From contig JAZSNA010000008.1 of the NCBI GenBank assembly GCA_045536135.1, positions 1 to 51,730 on the forward strand: a DNA stretch of 51,730 nt, written 5' to 3'. This document shows positions 29,054 to 38,928 of the stretch, one piece after another (position 1 is the first letter of the stretch; every line of letters begins with the position of its first letter). The notes under the pieces are model-generated. The model was not told the origin of the DNA, ran no database searches, and saw only the letters and a program-made list of their open reading frames with translations. A program made the translations under genes and the position numbers. The DNA is from Alphaproteobacteria bacterium. Its GTDB lineage: Bacteria; Pseudomonadota; Alphaproteobacteria; CAAHEQ01; UBA3637.

Positions 29054-30565
29054 TCAATCCACCCGAATATGACGATAAGATAAGGCTTCAGTGATATGAG
29101 CCTCGTTAATATTCACTTCACCGGACAAGTCTGCAATTGTCCGAGCCACTTTTAAAATTCGATGATACCCTCGTGCCGATAAATGCATTTGTCGGGTTGC
29201 TTTTTCCAAAATGTCAATCGATTTTTCAGACAAAACGATGTATTTTTCAAGCAACGAATTATCAACCTCGGCATTTAATAAATATCCCGTACCGGCATAA
29301 CGTTGACGTTGAATATCTATTGCTTTTTTTACACGAATCGCAATATCTGCCGATTTTTCACCCGATGGCAACCGAGATAACTCTATCGGATTTAATTCAG
29401 GAACAACAACATGTAAATCAATCCGATCATAAATCGGACCGGATATTTTAGATTGATATTCCGCCGCACATTTAGGAGCCCGACTGCATTCATGCCCCGG
29501 TGTTCCGTAATATCCACATCGACATGGGTTCATCGCCGCAATCAATTGAAATGACGACGGATAGGTACAATGATTATTAACTCTGGAAATTAAAACTTCA
29601 CCGCTTTCCATCGGTTGTCTTAAAGCTTCCAATGTTGTTCTGGAAAATTCGGGTAATTCATCTAAAAACAACACGCCCCGATGAGCCAATGAAATTTCCC
29701 CCGGAACAGCTTTTGTTCCGCCACCGGTTAATGACGGCATAGAGGCGCTGTGATGCGGATTGCGAAATGGCCGTGATGTCATTAAAGAGCCATCTTTTAA
29801 CAATCCGGCGATCGAATAAATCTGACTGACTTGTAAAATCTCATCTCTTGTCATCGGCGGTAAAATTGACGGGAATCTTTTTGCCAACATTGACTTTCCG
29901 GACCCCGGAGGCCCAATCATTAACAGATTATGACCGCCCGCCGCTGCAATTTCAAGCGCTCTTTTAGCCGTTTCCTGTCCTTTGACATCGCAAAAATCAT
30001 ACGGATATTCGCTCTGTTCAATTTCAGGAATTTCCTGAGACGATAAAATACGAACCCCTTTGAAATGATTAATTAAATCATTCAATGTCATTGGTGATAA
30101 AATTGACGGATTACCAGACCATAAAGCTTCTTTTTCACTTTCCGCAGGCCCAATAAAACCCATTTCCCAATTTTTAGCCGCCATCGCTGCCGGTAGCACT
30201 CCGGCCACAGCCCGAATATCTCCGTTCAATCCCAATTCACCCATAACAATACTTTTTTCAAGTCCATGGTTGGGCAGAATCCCCATCGCACAAATTAATC
30301 CCAATGCAATCGGTAAGTCAAAATAAGACCCCTCTTTTACCACATCAGCCGGTGCCAAATTAATAACAATTTTTTTAGCCGGCAAGGGGACACCACAAGC
30401 CGATAATGCCGAACGGACCCGTTCTTTACTTTCAGAAACGGCTTTATCCGCCAATCCGACAATCGTTAATGCCGGTAAGCCTTTTAATATTTGAACTTCT
30501 ACTTTTATTTTTTGAGGTTCTATCCCTTTAAAAATAACGGAATGAATAACGGATGTTTCTGCCAT
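29054..30565 (-). CDS. comM: YifB family Mg-chelatase-like AAA+ ATPase (ComM)
   Basis: IVGLADKAVSESKERVR, INLAPAD..KEG..FDLPIA, GPPGSGKSMLA, PGEISLAHRGVLFLDELPEF, AAMNPCRCG. Confidence 0.93.
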   Translation of the reverse strand: MAETSVIHSVIFKGIEPQKIKVEVQILKGLPALTIVGLADKAVSESKERVRSALSACGVPLPAKKIVINLAPADVVKEGSYFDLPIALGLICAMGILPNHGLEKSIVMGELGLNGDIRAVAGVLPAAMAAKNWEMGFIGPAESEKEALWSGNPSILSPMTLNDLINHFKGVRILSSQEIPEIEQSEYPYDFCDVKGQETAKRALEIAAAGGHNLLMIGPPGSGKSMLAKRFPSILPPMTRDEILQVSQIYSIAGLLKDGSLMTSRPFRNPHHSASMPSLTGGGTKAVPGEISLAHRGVLFLDELPEFSRTTLEALRQPMESGEVLISRVNNHCTYPSSFQLIAAMNPCRCGYYGTPGHECSRAPKCAAEYQSKISGPIYDRIDLHVVVPELNPIELSRLPSGEKSADIAIRVKKAIDIQRQRYAGTGYLLNAEVDNSLLEKYIVLSEKSIDILEKATRQMHLSARGYHRILKVARTIADLSGEVNINEAHITEALSYRHIRVD

Positions 30566-30573
30566 TTAATATT

Positions 30574-31017
30574 TTACCATTTCAAATAGTTGAGGGTATT
30601 ATTTTCTTCAATTGCCATTCTCTCGTTTGCATGAGCCGATAAATCTTTATTCGGCACATATCCCAATCGATTATATGCCATTAAACAAACATTATCCTCT
30701 GCATCGCATTGGACTAAATTCCGATTTGTCGGATGTTGCAATAAAACAATATCAGCCCCCCGAACAGGTACTCGACTGACTTGTCCCGGATATTGTAAAA
30801 TAATCGGTTCAACCGGAGATAAATTCGAATAACCAGTTTCAATCAAGGCTATATTTTGATTAACTTGATTTTCTTTTATAAAATGAGCCGATGAAGCAAT
30901 TTTAACCCCTTCTTGAAAACCATCCGGATCCGGAACAAGTCCCACCCGTGTCATTGGTTTTGGATGGTGATAACAAGCCCCTAAAATAAATAAAAACAAA
31001 CAGATAATTTTTTTCAT
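30574..31017 (-). CDS. Hypothetical lipoprotein
   Basis: MKKIICLFLFILGA-C lipobox; GGAG SD. Confidence 0.75.
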   Translation of the reverse strand: MKKIICLFLFILGACYHHPKPMTRVGLVPDPDGFQEGVKIASSAHFIKENQVNQNIALIETGYSNLSPVEPIILQYPGQVSRVPVRGADIVLLQHPTNRNLVQCDAEDNVCLMAYNRLGYVPNKDLSAHANERMAIEENNTLNYLKW

Positions 31018-31135
31018 TATTATCTTCTCCTTTTTTTTATTTTAATCTATTTTTATATAAAAGAAAAGCACTTTTTAACTTTTTATTTACTTTTTCATCA
31101 AAATAGGATATAATATCACAAGATAAGGGGGGGGA

Positions 31136-31555
31136 ATGATTATAAATCATCAGAAAAAATTTCATAATTTAGAAAATAAAATTATGGCCAGATATATGCG
31201 TGAATGTATCATTCCGATTTTAAGCAATCTTTTATCATCGCAAGAAGCCGATTTAAGAACTCAAAAATACACTCATTTATTAACGATATTGGACGAGAAG
31301 AAGAAAAAATATCAACAATCCGTTTCTTACCCCGAAACGAAAGTTATCCTTCCGGATAAGATATCTCATGTTCCTCAACCCCGACCCACGAATTGGTATC
31401 AGGAATGGGAAGAAAAAAACGAAGAACACGTTCTGGGAACGGTGGAAGAAATTGAAGCTCGACGTCAGACAACATATAGTCCGATATTCTGTCAAAAAGA
31501 TGAGGTATATCAACCCGAACTTCCATTTCTTTTTGATAAAAGCAAAGAACGATAA
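31136..31555 (+). CDS. Hypothetical protein (139 aa)
   Basis: ORF fills the gap between oppositely oriented genes; G-rich SD, TATAAT upstream. Confidence 0.65.
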   Translation: MIINHQKKFHNLENKIMARYMRECIIPILSNLLSSQEADLRTQKYTHLLTILDEKKKKYQQSVSYPETKVILPDKISHVPQPRPTNWYQEWEEKNEEHVLGTVEEIEARRQTTYSPIFCQKDEVYQPELPFLFDKSKER

Positions 31556-31556
31556 T

Positions 31557-33227
31557 TTATTTTCGAATGAGTGGTTTATATTTAACCCGATGCGGTTCAA
31601 TATCTCCGAGTCTGCGTTTTTTATCAGCCTCATATTCCTCATAATTACCGGCAAAAAACTCCACATGAGAATCGCCTTCAAATGCTAAAATATGAGTCGC
31701 CAATCGATCCAAGAACCACCGATCATGCGACGTAATCAAAACACATCCGGCAAAGTTTGATATTGCTTCTTCTAACGCCCGCAAAGTATCCACATCCAAA
31801 TCATTTGTCGGTTCATCCAATAACAAAACATTTGCACCTTTTTGCAACATTTTTGCCAAATGAACACGATTACGTTCCCCACCGGAAAGCTGACCGACTT
31901 TTTTCTGTTGGTCTGCACCCTTAAAATTAAATCCAGCCACATACGCCCGAGACGGCACCTCCACACGACCCAAAGTCAAAATATCTTTTTTATCGGATAT
32001 TTCTTCCCAAACATTGTTATTGTCATTCAAGGCTTCACGAGATTGATCAACATATCCCAATTCCACGGTTTGCCCGATTTTAATTTCGCCACTGTCCGGC
32101 TTTTCGGATCCAGTAATCATTTTCATTAAAGTCGATTTACCCACCCCGTTCGGGCCGATAATTCCAACAATTGATCCCGGCGGTATCGAAAAACTTAAAT
32201 CATCAATCAGACATCTGTCATTAAAGCCTTTGGTTAAGTTCTGAACATCAATAACATTATCTCCCAACCTTTGTCCCATCGGGATATAAATTTGTGTTTT
32301 AGATGTTTCAATTTTATTTGATTTTTGAACCAATTCATCATACGCATTAATCCGAGCTTTTGATTTAGCCTGACGAGCTTTCGGCGATTGTCTAATCCAT
32401 TCCAATTCTTCTTTCATAATCCGTTGACGAGCCGTTTCTTCACGTTCTTCTTGTGCTAAACGTCGTTCTTTTTGTTCCAACCAGGACGTATAATTTCCTT
32501 CATATGGGATACCTTCCCCCCGGTCCAATTCCAAAATCCATCCCGTCACATTATCCAAAAAGTATCGGTCATGCGTAATCATCACAACCGTTCCCGGAAA
32601 TTCTTTTAAATATCGCCCTAACCAATCCACTGACTCGGCATCCAAATGGTTTGTCGGTTCATCCAATAACAACATATCCGGCTTTGATAATAATAATCGA
32701 CATAACGCCACACGACGTTTTTCCCCACCGGATAAAACAGAAACATCCGCATCCTTATCCGGACAACGTAAAGCATCCATGGCAATTTCAACTTCTCGAT
32801 CAATTTCCCAACCATTACACGCATCTATTTTTTCTTGCAGTTCGGCTTGTTGTGCCAATAAAGCATCCATATCCACATCCGGCTCACAAAACTTCATATT
32901 AATTTCTTCAAATTCTTTTAAAAGTTTTTGAACTTCTCCGACACCGTCCATGATATTTTCAAAAACATTTTTATTCGGATCCAATACCGGTTCTTGCGGA
33001 AGATAGCCGATTTTTACCCCTTCGGCCGGCCAAGCCTCCCCTGTAAAGTCTTTATCCAATCCGGCCATAATTTTCATCAAGGTTGATTTACCGGCCCCAT
33101 TTGGTCCTAAGATTCCAATCTTTGCCCCCGGAAAAAATGATAACCAAATATTTTTTAAAACCTGTTTTCCGCCCGGAAAGGTTTTACTTAAATCTTTCAT
33201 TACATAAATATATTGATATGATGCCAT
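31557..33227 (-). CDS. ettA: Energy-dependent translational throttle protein EttA (ABC-F)
   Basis: [22 protein letters not shown], two ABC cassettes, [19 protein letters not shown] linker; start at MASYQY (33227). Confidence 0.96.
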   Translation of the reverse strand: MASYQYIYVMKDLSKTFPGGKQVLKNIWLSFFPGAKIGILGPNGAGKSTLMKIMAGLDKDFTGEAWPAEGVKIGYLPQEPVLDPNKNVFENIMDGVGEVQKLLKEFEEINMKFCEPDVDMDALLAQQAELQEKIDACNGWEIDREVEIAMDALRCPDKDADVSVLSGGEKRRVALCRLLLSKPDMLLLDEPTNHLDAESVDWLGRYLKEFPGTVVMITHDRYFLDNVTGWILELDRGEGIPYEGNYTSWLEQKERRLAQEEREETARQRIMKEELEWIRQSPKARQAKSKARINAYDELVQKSNKIETSKTQIYIPMGQRLGDNVIDVQNLTKGFNDRCLIDDLSFSIPPGSIVGIIGPNGVGKSTLMKMITGSEKPDSGEIKIGQTVELGYVDQSREALNDNNNVWEEISDKKDILTLGRVEVPSRAYVAGFNFKGADQQKKVGQLSGGERNRVHLAKMLQKGANVLLLDEPTNDLDVDTLRALEEAISNFAGCVLITSHDRWFLDRLATHILAFEGDSHVEFFAGNYEEYEADKKRRLGDIEPHRVKYKPLIRK

Positions 33228-33228
33228 T

Positions 33229-33681
33229 TTATACTCCTGAGCTTCCAAAACCTTTTTCACCACGAGAGCTTTCCGAAACCTCATCCGCCACTTCAATTTG
33301 CGGATGGAAAATGGGACAGACGACAGCCTGTGCAATTCGATCCCCAGGCTTGATTATAAAATCCTGTTTTGATGAATTAAACAAGATGGTTGCGACTTCC
33401 CCCCGATACCCATAATCCACCGTTCCCGGCGTATTAACCACCATGATACCGTTTTTTATTGCCAAACCGGATCGTGGACGAATTTGAATTTCAACATCAT
33501 AATTATCTGCCGAAATTTCCATTTGAACTCCATTCGGAATCAAAACCCGTTCCTGTGGCTTTAAAGTTATTTCCCGATCAATTGCTGCTCGCAAATCAAT
33601 CCCCGAATCATCCGATCGTTTATAGGCTAAATCCCCCCAAGAACGATCATAATTTCCCAAATATTTTATTTTCAGTTTCAT
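33229..33681 (-). CDS. dut: dUTP diphosphatase
   Basis: [45 protein letters not shown]. Confidence 0.97.
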   Translation of the reverse strand: MKLKIKYLGNYDRSWGDLAYKRSDDSGIDLRAAIDREITLKPQERVLIPNGVQMEISADNYDVEIQIRPRSGLAIKNGIMVVNTPGTVDYGYRGEVATILFNSSKQDFIIKPGDRIAQAVVCPIFHPQIEVADEVSESSRGEKGFGSSGV

Positions 33682-33754
33682 GTGTTATATCGTATTTAAA
33701 TTCCCGTTGAAAGTCAAGTTTCATTATTTATTTTTTCATTCGTTAAAAAAAAAC

Positions 33755-33783
33755 TTGCAAAATAAAAAAAAATTTGATATAAG
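33755..33783 (+). promoter_or_regulatory. Putative promoter of tRNA-Pro
   Basis: TTGCAA-17 nt-TATAAG. Confidence 0.55.
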
Positions 33784-33797
33784 ATGAGCCTATATAG

Positions 33798-33874
<77 letters not shown>

Positions 33875-33880
33875 ATATCA

Positions 33881-33910
33881 AAAAGCGGAAGTTTATACTT
33901 TCGCTTTTTT
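33881..33910 (+). terminator. Intrinsic terminator after tRNA-Pro
   Basis: AAAAGCGGAAGT/ACTTTCGCTTTT stem followed by T-rich run. Confidence 0.75.
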
Positions 33911-34274
33911 GTTTTTTGTAAATTAAAATTTCTATATTTTACAATTGGATAATGTAATTCTTTTTGTTTTACCAAGTGTCCTTGAATATCTAATTATGTG
34001 TTGATTTTGAATGATAAAAGTATACTTTTTTACATAAAAATATACTTTTGTATGGTGTGAGTTTGTGTATTTACACACGTGGTATAAGTACTATCTATAT
34101 TAGATCGCTATAAGGCAAGGATCTAATATAATTCTCCATAAATTGCCAAATAGTTTAAAAATGATAAAACATTTGCATTTTGTTAATTTTTTTGATATAA
34201 TAATGGCTGTTGAGAAAAGGTATGTCAGATAAAATATATTTGGCGTGTTTGTTTTTTTATTAAGGAGGTTTGAA

Positions 34275-35141
34275 ATGACAGATGTGAAATCTTGGGACAA
34301 TACTTGGGGAACAATTAATTGGAAAAAAGATAAACCAAAAAAAGTTTTAAAAAAGGTTTATGATTTATTGGATTTTGGCGCGTATGTGAATGCAAAATCA
34401 GATTATGGCACTACACCGTTGCATATGGCTTCATTATGGGGATATACAGATGTTGCTAAACTTTTAATCGAGCATGGTGCGTATGTGAATGCAAAAGATA
34501 AGAGCGACGAAACACCGTTGCACCATGCGAAAGATGAAGAGATTGTTAAACTTTTAATCGAGCATGGCGCAGATGTGAAGGCAAAAAATAAGGCTGGCAT
34601 GACACCGTTGCATTGGGTTAATCATACAGAAGTTGCTAAACTTTTAATCGAGCATGGCGCAGATGTGGAGGCAAAAAATAGGGACGACCTTACACCGTTG
34701 CATATGGCTTCATTATGGGGATATACAGATGTTGCTAAACTTTTAATCGAGCATGGTGCGGATGTGAATGCAAAAGCTGAGGACGGCACTACACCGTTGC
34801 ATAGTGTTGTATTCAGGGGGCATACAGATATTGCTAAACTTTTAATCGAGCATGGCACAGATCTGAAGGTAAAAGATTGGTTTGGTCGTACAGCGATGAA
34901 TTTAGCGAGAGAATATGGAAGAGACGATATTGTTGAAATTTTAAAAGAAGCATCTTCTGCTCCTCGTTCAGAAAAACGTGAGAAAATAGAGAAGCATAAA
35001 AAAGAATTTCAAACAGAACGTCAGGATTTGGCTAAAAAATTGCAGGAAATTCGAAAAGAATACGGACATGAAGGCAAAGAAGTGGCTGAAAAAAATCGCG
35101 TTGTTCGAGAACTGCGTAAAAAAGCCGGTGTAGAAAAATAA
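34275..35141 (+). CDS. Ankyrin repeat protein with charged coiled-coil C-terminus
   Basis: About six GxTPLH..(V/I)AKLLIEHGADVNAK repeats; AAGGAGG SD at 34262-34268 supports ATG 34275. Confidence 0.95.
   Translation: MTDVKSWDNTWGTINWKKDKPKKVLKKVYDLLDFGAYVNAKSDYGTTPLHMASLWGYTDVAKLLIEHGAYVNAKDKSDETPLHHAKDEEIVKLLIEHGADVKAKNKAGMTPLHWVNHTEVAKLLIEHGADVEAKNRDDLTPLHMASLWGYTDVAKLLIEHGADVNAKAEDGTTPLHSVVFRGHTDIAKLLIEHGTDLKVKDWFGRTAMNLAREYGRDDIVEILKEASSAPRSEKREKIEKHKKEFQTERQDLAKKLQEIRKEYGHEGKEVAEKNRVVRELRKKAGVEK
34374..34865 (+). repeat. Near-identical DNA repeats encoding ankyrin units
   Basis: TAAACTTTTAATCGAGCATGG occurs five times; ~34412-34497 and ~34691-34776 almost identical. Confidence 0.9.
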
Positions 35142-35157
35142 TTTTCCATTTTCTATG

Positions 35158-35188
35158 AAAAACCGCTCCGTTTGGGGCGGTTTTTTTT
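35158..35188 (+). terminator. Intrinsic terminator after the ankyrin gene
   Basis: AAAAACCGCTCC/GGGGCGGTTTTT stem with T8 tail. Confidence 0.85.
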
Positions 35189-35245
35189 ATATTGCAATAA
35201 ACTAAAGATTGTTTTATTCTAAAATGGCTATTTTATGGAGGAAAA

Positions 35246-35512
35246 ATGCTTTATCTAATCAGACCTGAATTAAAATATTTTGATACATTTAAAAAAGCTG
35301 TTGCCGAATACAAAAACGATACAACGGCTTTCTGTACCATTCATCCGGTACAAAAAATGATTGATAATATCGATGATTTCGAAAAATATCTGACGACGCC
35401 GACCAATAAACAAATAAAGATCGTCCGAAAAGACGACTTTTTCTTTTTGAAGCAAGTGAAGATGTCATATAATCACCCAAAAACGCTTTATTTTTATATT
35501 CAAAATCCTTAA
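35246..35512 (+). pseudogene. Probable truncated GNAT acetyltransferase (N-terminal fragment only)
   Basis: GGAGG SD; MLYLIRPELKYFDTFKKAVAEY..DDFEKYL resembles COG3981-type N-termini; no acetyl-CoA motif follows. Confidence 0.45.
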
Positions 35513-35594
35513 ATCCACAATGTGTGTATAACTCATTAAACCCAAAAGCAATCTTATCAACAAAGAACTCATATACTTTTATATTTTTATTCAT
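35289..35594 (-). CDS. Hypothetical protein or gene fragment converging on and overlapping the GNAT fragment
   Basis: ATG ORF of 101 aa; 3' part overlaps the opposite ORF. Confidence 0.3.
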   Translation of the reverse strand: MNKNIKVYEFFVDKIAFGFNELYTHCGFKDFEYKNKAFLGDYMTSSLASKRKSRLFGRSLFVYWSASSDIFRNHRYYQSFFVPDEWYRKPLYRFCIRQQLF

Positions 35595-35658
35595 ATTTTC
35601 AATTGATTTTATATCGCATTATTCTTATATCGTTAATTTAATAAAAAAGGTTTAAATA

Positions 35659-35877
35659 ATGCGACTTGATAAAAATATAGTTGTCAATGGCAAACAAACT
35701 TTAATCCAATTGGATGCGGATATATGGCAAGATTTGGTGGAAATTTGTCAAGCGGAAAATATATCCTTATCCGATTTATGTTCTTTGATTGACGGACTTA
35801 AAGGATCGGCGGAGTTAACTTGTGCAACACGACTTTTTATCATAACCTATCACCATCATTCTTTATTATCGAACTAG
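35659..35877 (+). CDS. Ribbon-helix-helix domain protein (RHH_4 / COG4321-like)
   Basis: KNIVVNGKQTLIQLD..IWQDL.EI..E.ISLSDLCSLID..LTCATRLFI. Confidence 0.8.
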   Translation: MRLDKNIVVNGKQTLIQLDADIWQDLVEICQAENISLSDLCSLIDGLKGSAELTCATRLFIITYHHHSLLSN

Positions 35878-35899
35878 AAACATCTATAATTCATTAACA

Positions 35900-35931
35900 A
35901 AAGCGGGGAGTTAAAAAACATTCCCCGCTTT
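35900..35931. terminator. Probable bidirectional terminator
   Basis: AAAGCGGGGA/TCCCCGCTTT inverted repeat between convergent genes. Confidence 0.75.
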
Positions 35932-35947
35932 AAAAAAATCAAAGTTT

Positions 35948-36304
35948 TTATTTTTGTGTTGTTTTTTTCTTTCTAACTGTTTTTTTAGGTGATTTTACTT
36001 CATTCGATAAAACACTTGTTTTTTCAGTGGATAAAATCTCACACAAAAGACGAAAAATCGCAAAGAAAATACATATAACAACCAATTCAAAGGTTATTAA
36101 AAATATATGTGGAAATTCTGTAAAGGCACTAAAAACACAGATTATAAAAACAACTAATCCAGCTAAATAAACCAATCCGACATAGCGACGAACAAAATCA
36201 CCGATCATATCAATCATCAATGGCTCTTTTAAATTCCGATAACGCCGAATGTAGTTCCAAAATATAAACAAGCCTTTTTTAATATTTATTAAAATTTTTT
36301 CCAT
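35948..36304 (-). CDS. Hypothetical membrane protein (2 TM, Lys-rich tail)
   Basis: AAGGAG SD; two hydrophobic segments. Confidence 0.75.
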   Translation of the reverse strand: MEKILINIKKGLFIFWNYIRRYRNLKEPLMIDMIGDFVRRYVGLVYLAGLVVFIICVFSAFTEFPHIFLITFELVVICIFFAIFRLLCEILSTEKTSVLSNEVKSPKKTVRKKKTTQK

Positions 36305-36356
36305 TTATTTCTCCTTTTGTTTATATAAATATTAAACTGATAAATACAACCCCTTT

Positions 36357-37820
36357 TTATTTTTTACGCATCGTCGGGAATGCCAAAACATCACGGATAG
36401 ACAAAGAACCGGTCAAAATCATAATTAAACGATCAATACCAACACCCAATCCGCCTGTCGGAGGCATACCATGTTCCAATGCGCAGACGAAATCTTCATC
36501 CATCATATTCGCTTCTTCATCACCGGCTTCCCGAGCTTTAACTTGTTCTTGTAATCGTTCGATTTGATCCAACGGATTCGTCAATTCAGAATAGGCATTT
36601 GAAATTTCCCAACAGTTAATATAACTTTCAAAACGTTCCACCAACCGTGGATTTGTCCGATGTGTTTTTGTCAGTGGGGAAATATCCTTGGGATGATCAA
36701 TAACATGTGTCGGTTGGATAAGGTTATGTTCACATTTTTCTTCAAATACCAGAGCAACAACATCGCCCCATTTCATTTTATCATCAACAGCAACATGTAA
36801 TTCCCGTGCTTTTGCCCGAGCTTCTTCATCGGTTTGAATTTGATCAAAATCAACACCGGTTTCTTCCAAGATAAGGCCTAACATTGTTTTGCGGGGCCAC
36901 GGTCCTTTTAAGTTGATTTTTTTACCGTCAAATTCAATTTCCGTTGTCCCCAAAACCTTCATTGCGGTATATTCAACCATATTTTCCAATAATGTCATCA
37001 TATCGTTATAATCTTTATACACCCAATATAACTCCATCATGGTAAATTCCGGATTATGTCGGGTATCCATTCCTTCATTTCTGAAATTGCGTCCGATTTC
37101 AAAAACAGCAGGCATTCCACCGATAATCAAACGTTTTAAATATAATTCCGGTGCAATCCGAAGATATAATTCCATATCCAGTGTATTGTGATGCGTAATA
37201 AACGGCCGAGCATTTGCTCCACCCAAAATGGGGTGAAGAATGGGTGTTTCAACCTCTAAAAACCCTAAATCACCTAAATATTGCCGGATGGCGGAAATAA
37301 TTTGACTCCGTTGTTTGAGTGTCTTCATTGTTTCATCATTACTCATCATATCCAAATATCTTTGGCGATATTTCGTATCTGTATCCGTAATTCCGTGAAA
37401 CTTTTCAGGTAAAGGTAATAAAGCTTTACATAAAACGGTTAAATGCTTTGTATCAACCGATAATTCACCCCGTTTGGTTCGCTTAACAGTTCCGTCAACA
37501 CCAATAAAATCACCCAAATCCAATAAAGATAAAATCTTTTTTTCTTCCTCCGGCAAACGTTCCAAAGATGAAAAGATTTGAATTTTTCCGGTTTCATCAT
37601 AGATATCCATAAACATACCGTTGTTGCGAATCGCTTTGATGCGACCGGCAACTTTGACCATATCGGATGTTTCTTGTTCCTTTTCTAAATCCGCATATTT
37701 TTCATTTAATTCAGCAGATGTTAATTCCGGTTTGTAAATATGCGGATAAGCATTGATTCCCATACTTTCCAATTCATTTAATTTTGAAAGACGAACTTCT
37801 CTTTGATCTAAATTTTCCAT
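36357..37820 (-). CDS. lysS: Lysine--tRNA ligase, class II
   Basis: YRQRYLD, GGANARPFITHHN, LYLRIAPELYLKRL, FRNEGMDTRHNPEFT, GMPPTGGLGVGIDRL. Confidence 0.97.
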   Translation of the reverse strand: MENLDQREVRLSKLNELESMGINAYPHIYKPELTSAELNEKYADLEKEQETSDMVKVAGRIKAIRNNGMFMDIYDETGKIQIFSSLERLPEEEKKILSLLDLGDFIGVDGTVKRTKRGELSVDTKHLTVLCKALLPLPEKFHGITDTDTKYRQRYLDMMSNDETMKTLKQRSQIISAIRQYLGDLGFLEVETPILHPILGGANARPFITHHNTLDMELYLRIAPELYLKRLIIGGMPAVFEIGRNFRNEGMDTRHNPEFTMMELYWVYKDYNDMMTLLENMVEYTAMKVLGTTEIEFDGKKINLKGPWPRKTMLGLILEETGVDFDQIQTDEEARAKARELHVAVDDKMKWGDVVALVFEEKCEHNLIQPTHVIDHPKDISPLTKTHRTNPRLVERFESYINCWEISNAYSELTNPLDQIERLQEQVKAREAGDEEANMMDEDFVCALEHGMPPTGGLGVGIDRLIMILTGSLSIRDVLAFPTMRKK

Positions 37821-37881
37821 AATAAAACCTTTCTCTTTGTCTTTTAAAAAGAGTATCTGAAAGATATTTAAAAGTCAATAG

Positions 37882-38928
37882 TTATTTTATAATACCGCCA
37901 CCGATAATATAATCATCGTTGTAAAAAACAATACTTTGACCCGCCGTTAAGCAATTCGGCGGATTATCAAAAACAACCCGACCATCGGGGAAAAGAGTGG
38001 CATCCAAAAATTGTCCCGTACTTCGAACTTTGGCCTTTGCTTTGATTTCATGCCTTAATTCATCAAACATAATCCAATTACAATCGGATATCTGGCATTC
38101 AGTTTTGATTAAATCTTTTTCACATCCCAATATAACATGGTTATCGGAAGCATCTAAACGAATAACATATAAAGGCTCGTGGTAAGATACCCCCAACCCT
38201 TTTCGTTGTCCGATGGTATAATTCCAATATCCTTGATGAGAGCCAATAACTGTACCATTTAAAATAATATCTCCCTTTTGCGGGGGGAATTGCAACAAAT
38301 CCGTATAAGGACCATCATAAAAATCCTGACTATCTTTTTTATGAGCAACAGATAATCCCAACTCGCCGGCCATTTGACGAACCTCTTCTTTGGTATAATT
38401 GCCTAGGGGGAAAAGAGCTTGTGATAATTGCTTCTGTGTCAATCGGTATAAAAAATAAGATTGATCTTTTTTTTCATCACGTCCTTTTTTTAATAAAAAT
38501 CGACCATTTTTTTCTTCAATCCTTGCATAATGTCCGGTGGCGAAAAAATCAAATTGAGTTTTCTTTTGAACTTCGTCAACCATATACCCGAATTTCATTA
38601 ACGGATTACATAAAATGCATGGATTCGGTGTTCGACCATTTTTATATTCCGAAATAAAGTTTGATAAAACAATTTCCTTAAATTTTTCCGAAGCATCAAT
38701 AATATAATATTCTTTAATTCCCATGGATTCAGCTAAGCATCCAATTTCTTTTATTTCTTTTTTTTCGCCCCGACCATAGCATGAATTGATAGCCGGTTTC
38801 AAATTCGGAATATCATTATTATATATGGACATGGATACACCAATAACTTCATGTCCTTGTTTTTTTAACAAGTGTGCAGTCAAGGTTGAATCAACACCAC
38901 CCGAAAGCCCGATTAAGACACGAGCCAT
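37882..38928 (-). CDS. mnmA: tRNA 2-thiouridine(34) synthase
   Basis: SGGVDS, GRTPNPCILCN, ATGHYAR, KDQSYFL, YTIGQRKGL. Confidence 0.96.
   Translation of the reverse strand: MARVLIGLSGGVDSTLTAHLLKKQGHEVIGVSMSIYNNDIPNLKPAINSCYGRGEKKEIKEIGCLAESMGIKEYYIIDASEKFKEIVLSNFISEYKNGRTPNPCILCNPLMKFGYMVDEVQKKTQFDFFATGHYARIEEKNGRFLLKKGRDEKKDQSYFLYRLTQKQLSQALFPLGNYTKEEVRQMAGELGLSVAHKKDSQDFYDGPYTDLLQFPPQKGDIILNGTVIGSHQGYWNYTIGQRKGLGVSYHEPLYVIRLDASDNHVILGCEKDLIKTECQISDCNWIMFDELRHEIKAKAKVRSTGQFLDATLFPDGRVVFDNPPNCLTAGQSIVFYNDDYIIGGGIIK

Noticed and set aside
29054-30565. Magnesium chelatase or proof of natural competence
   Set aside because: Motifs match YifB/ComM, which is widespread; no photosynthesis or DNA-uptake genes adjacent
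33228-33335. N-terminal extension of EttA in the ORF track
   Set aside because: Overlaps dut; homology-like sequence begins at MASYQY, with a GGAG SD inside the end of dut
34374-34865. Regularly spaced 21-bp repeats as a CRISPR array
   Set aside because: In-frame ankyrin codons; intervening sequences are homologous to each other; no cas genes
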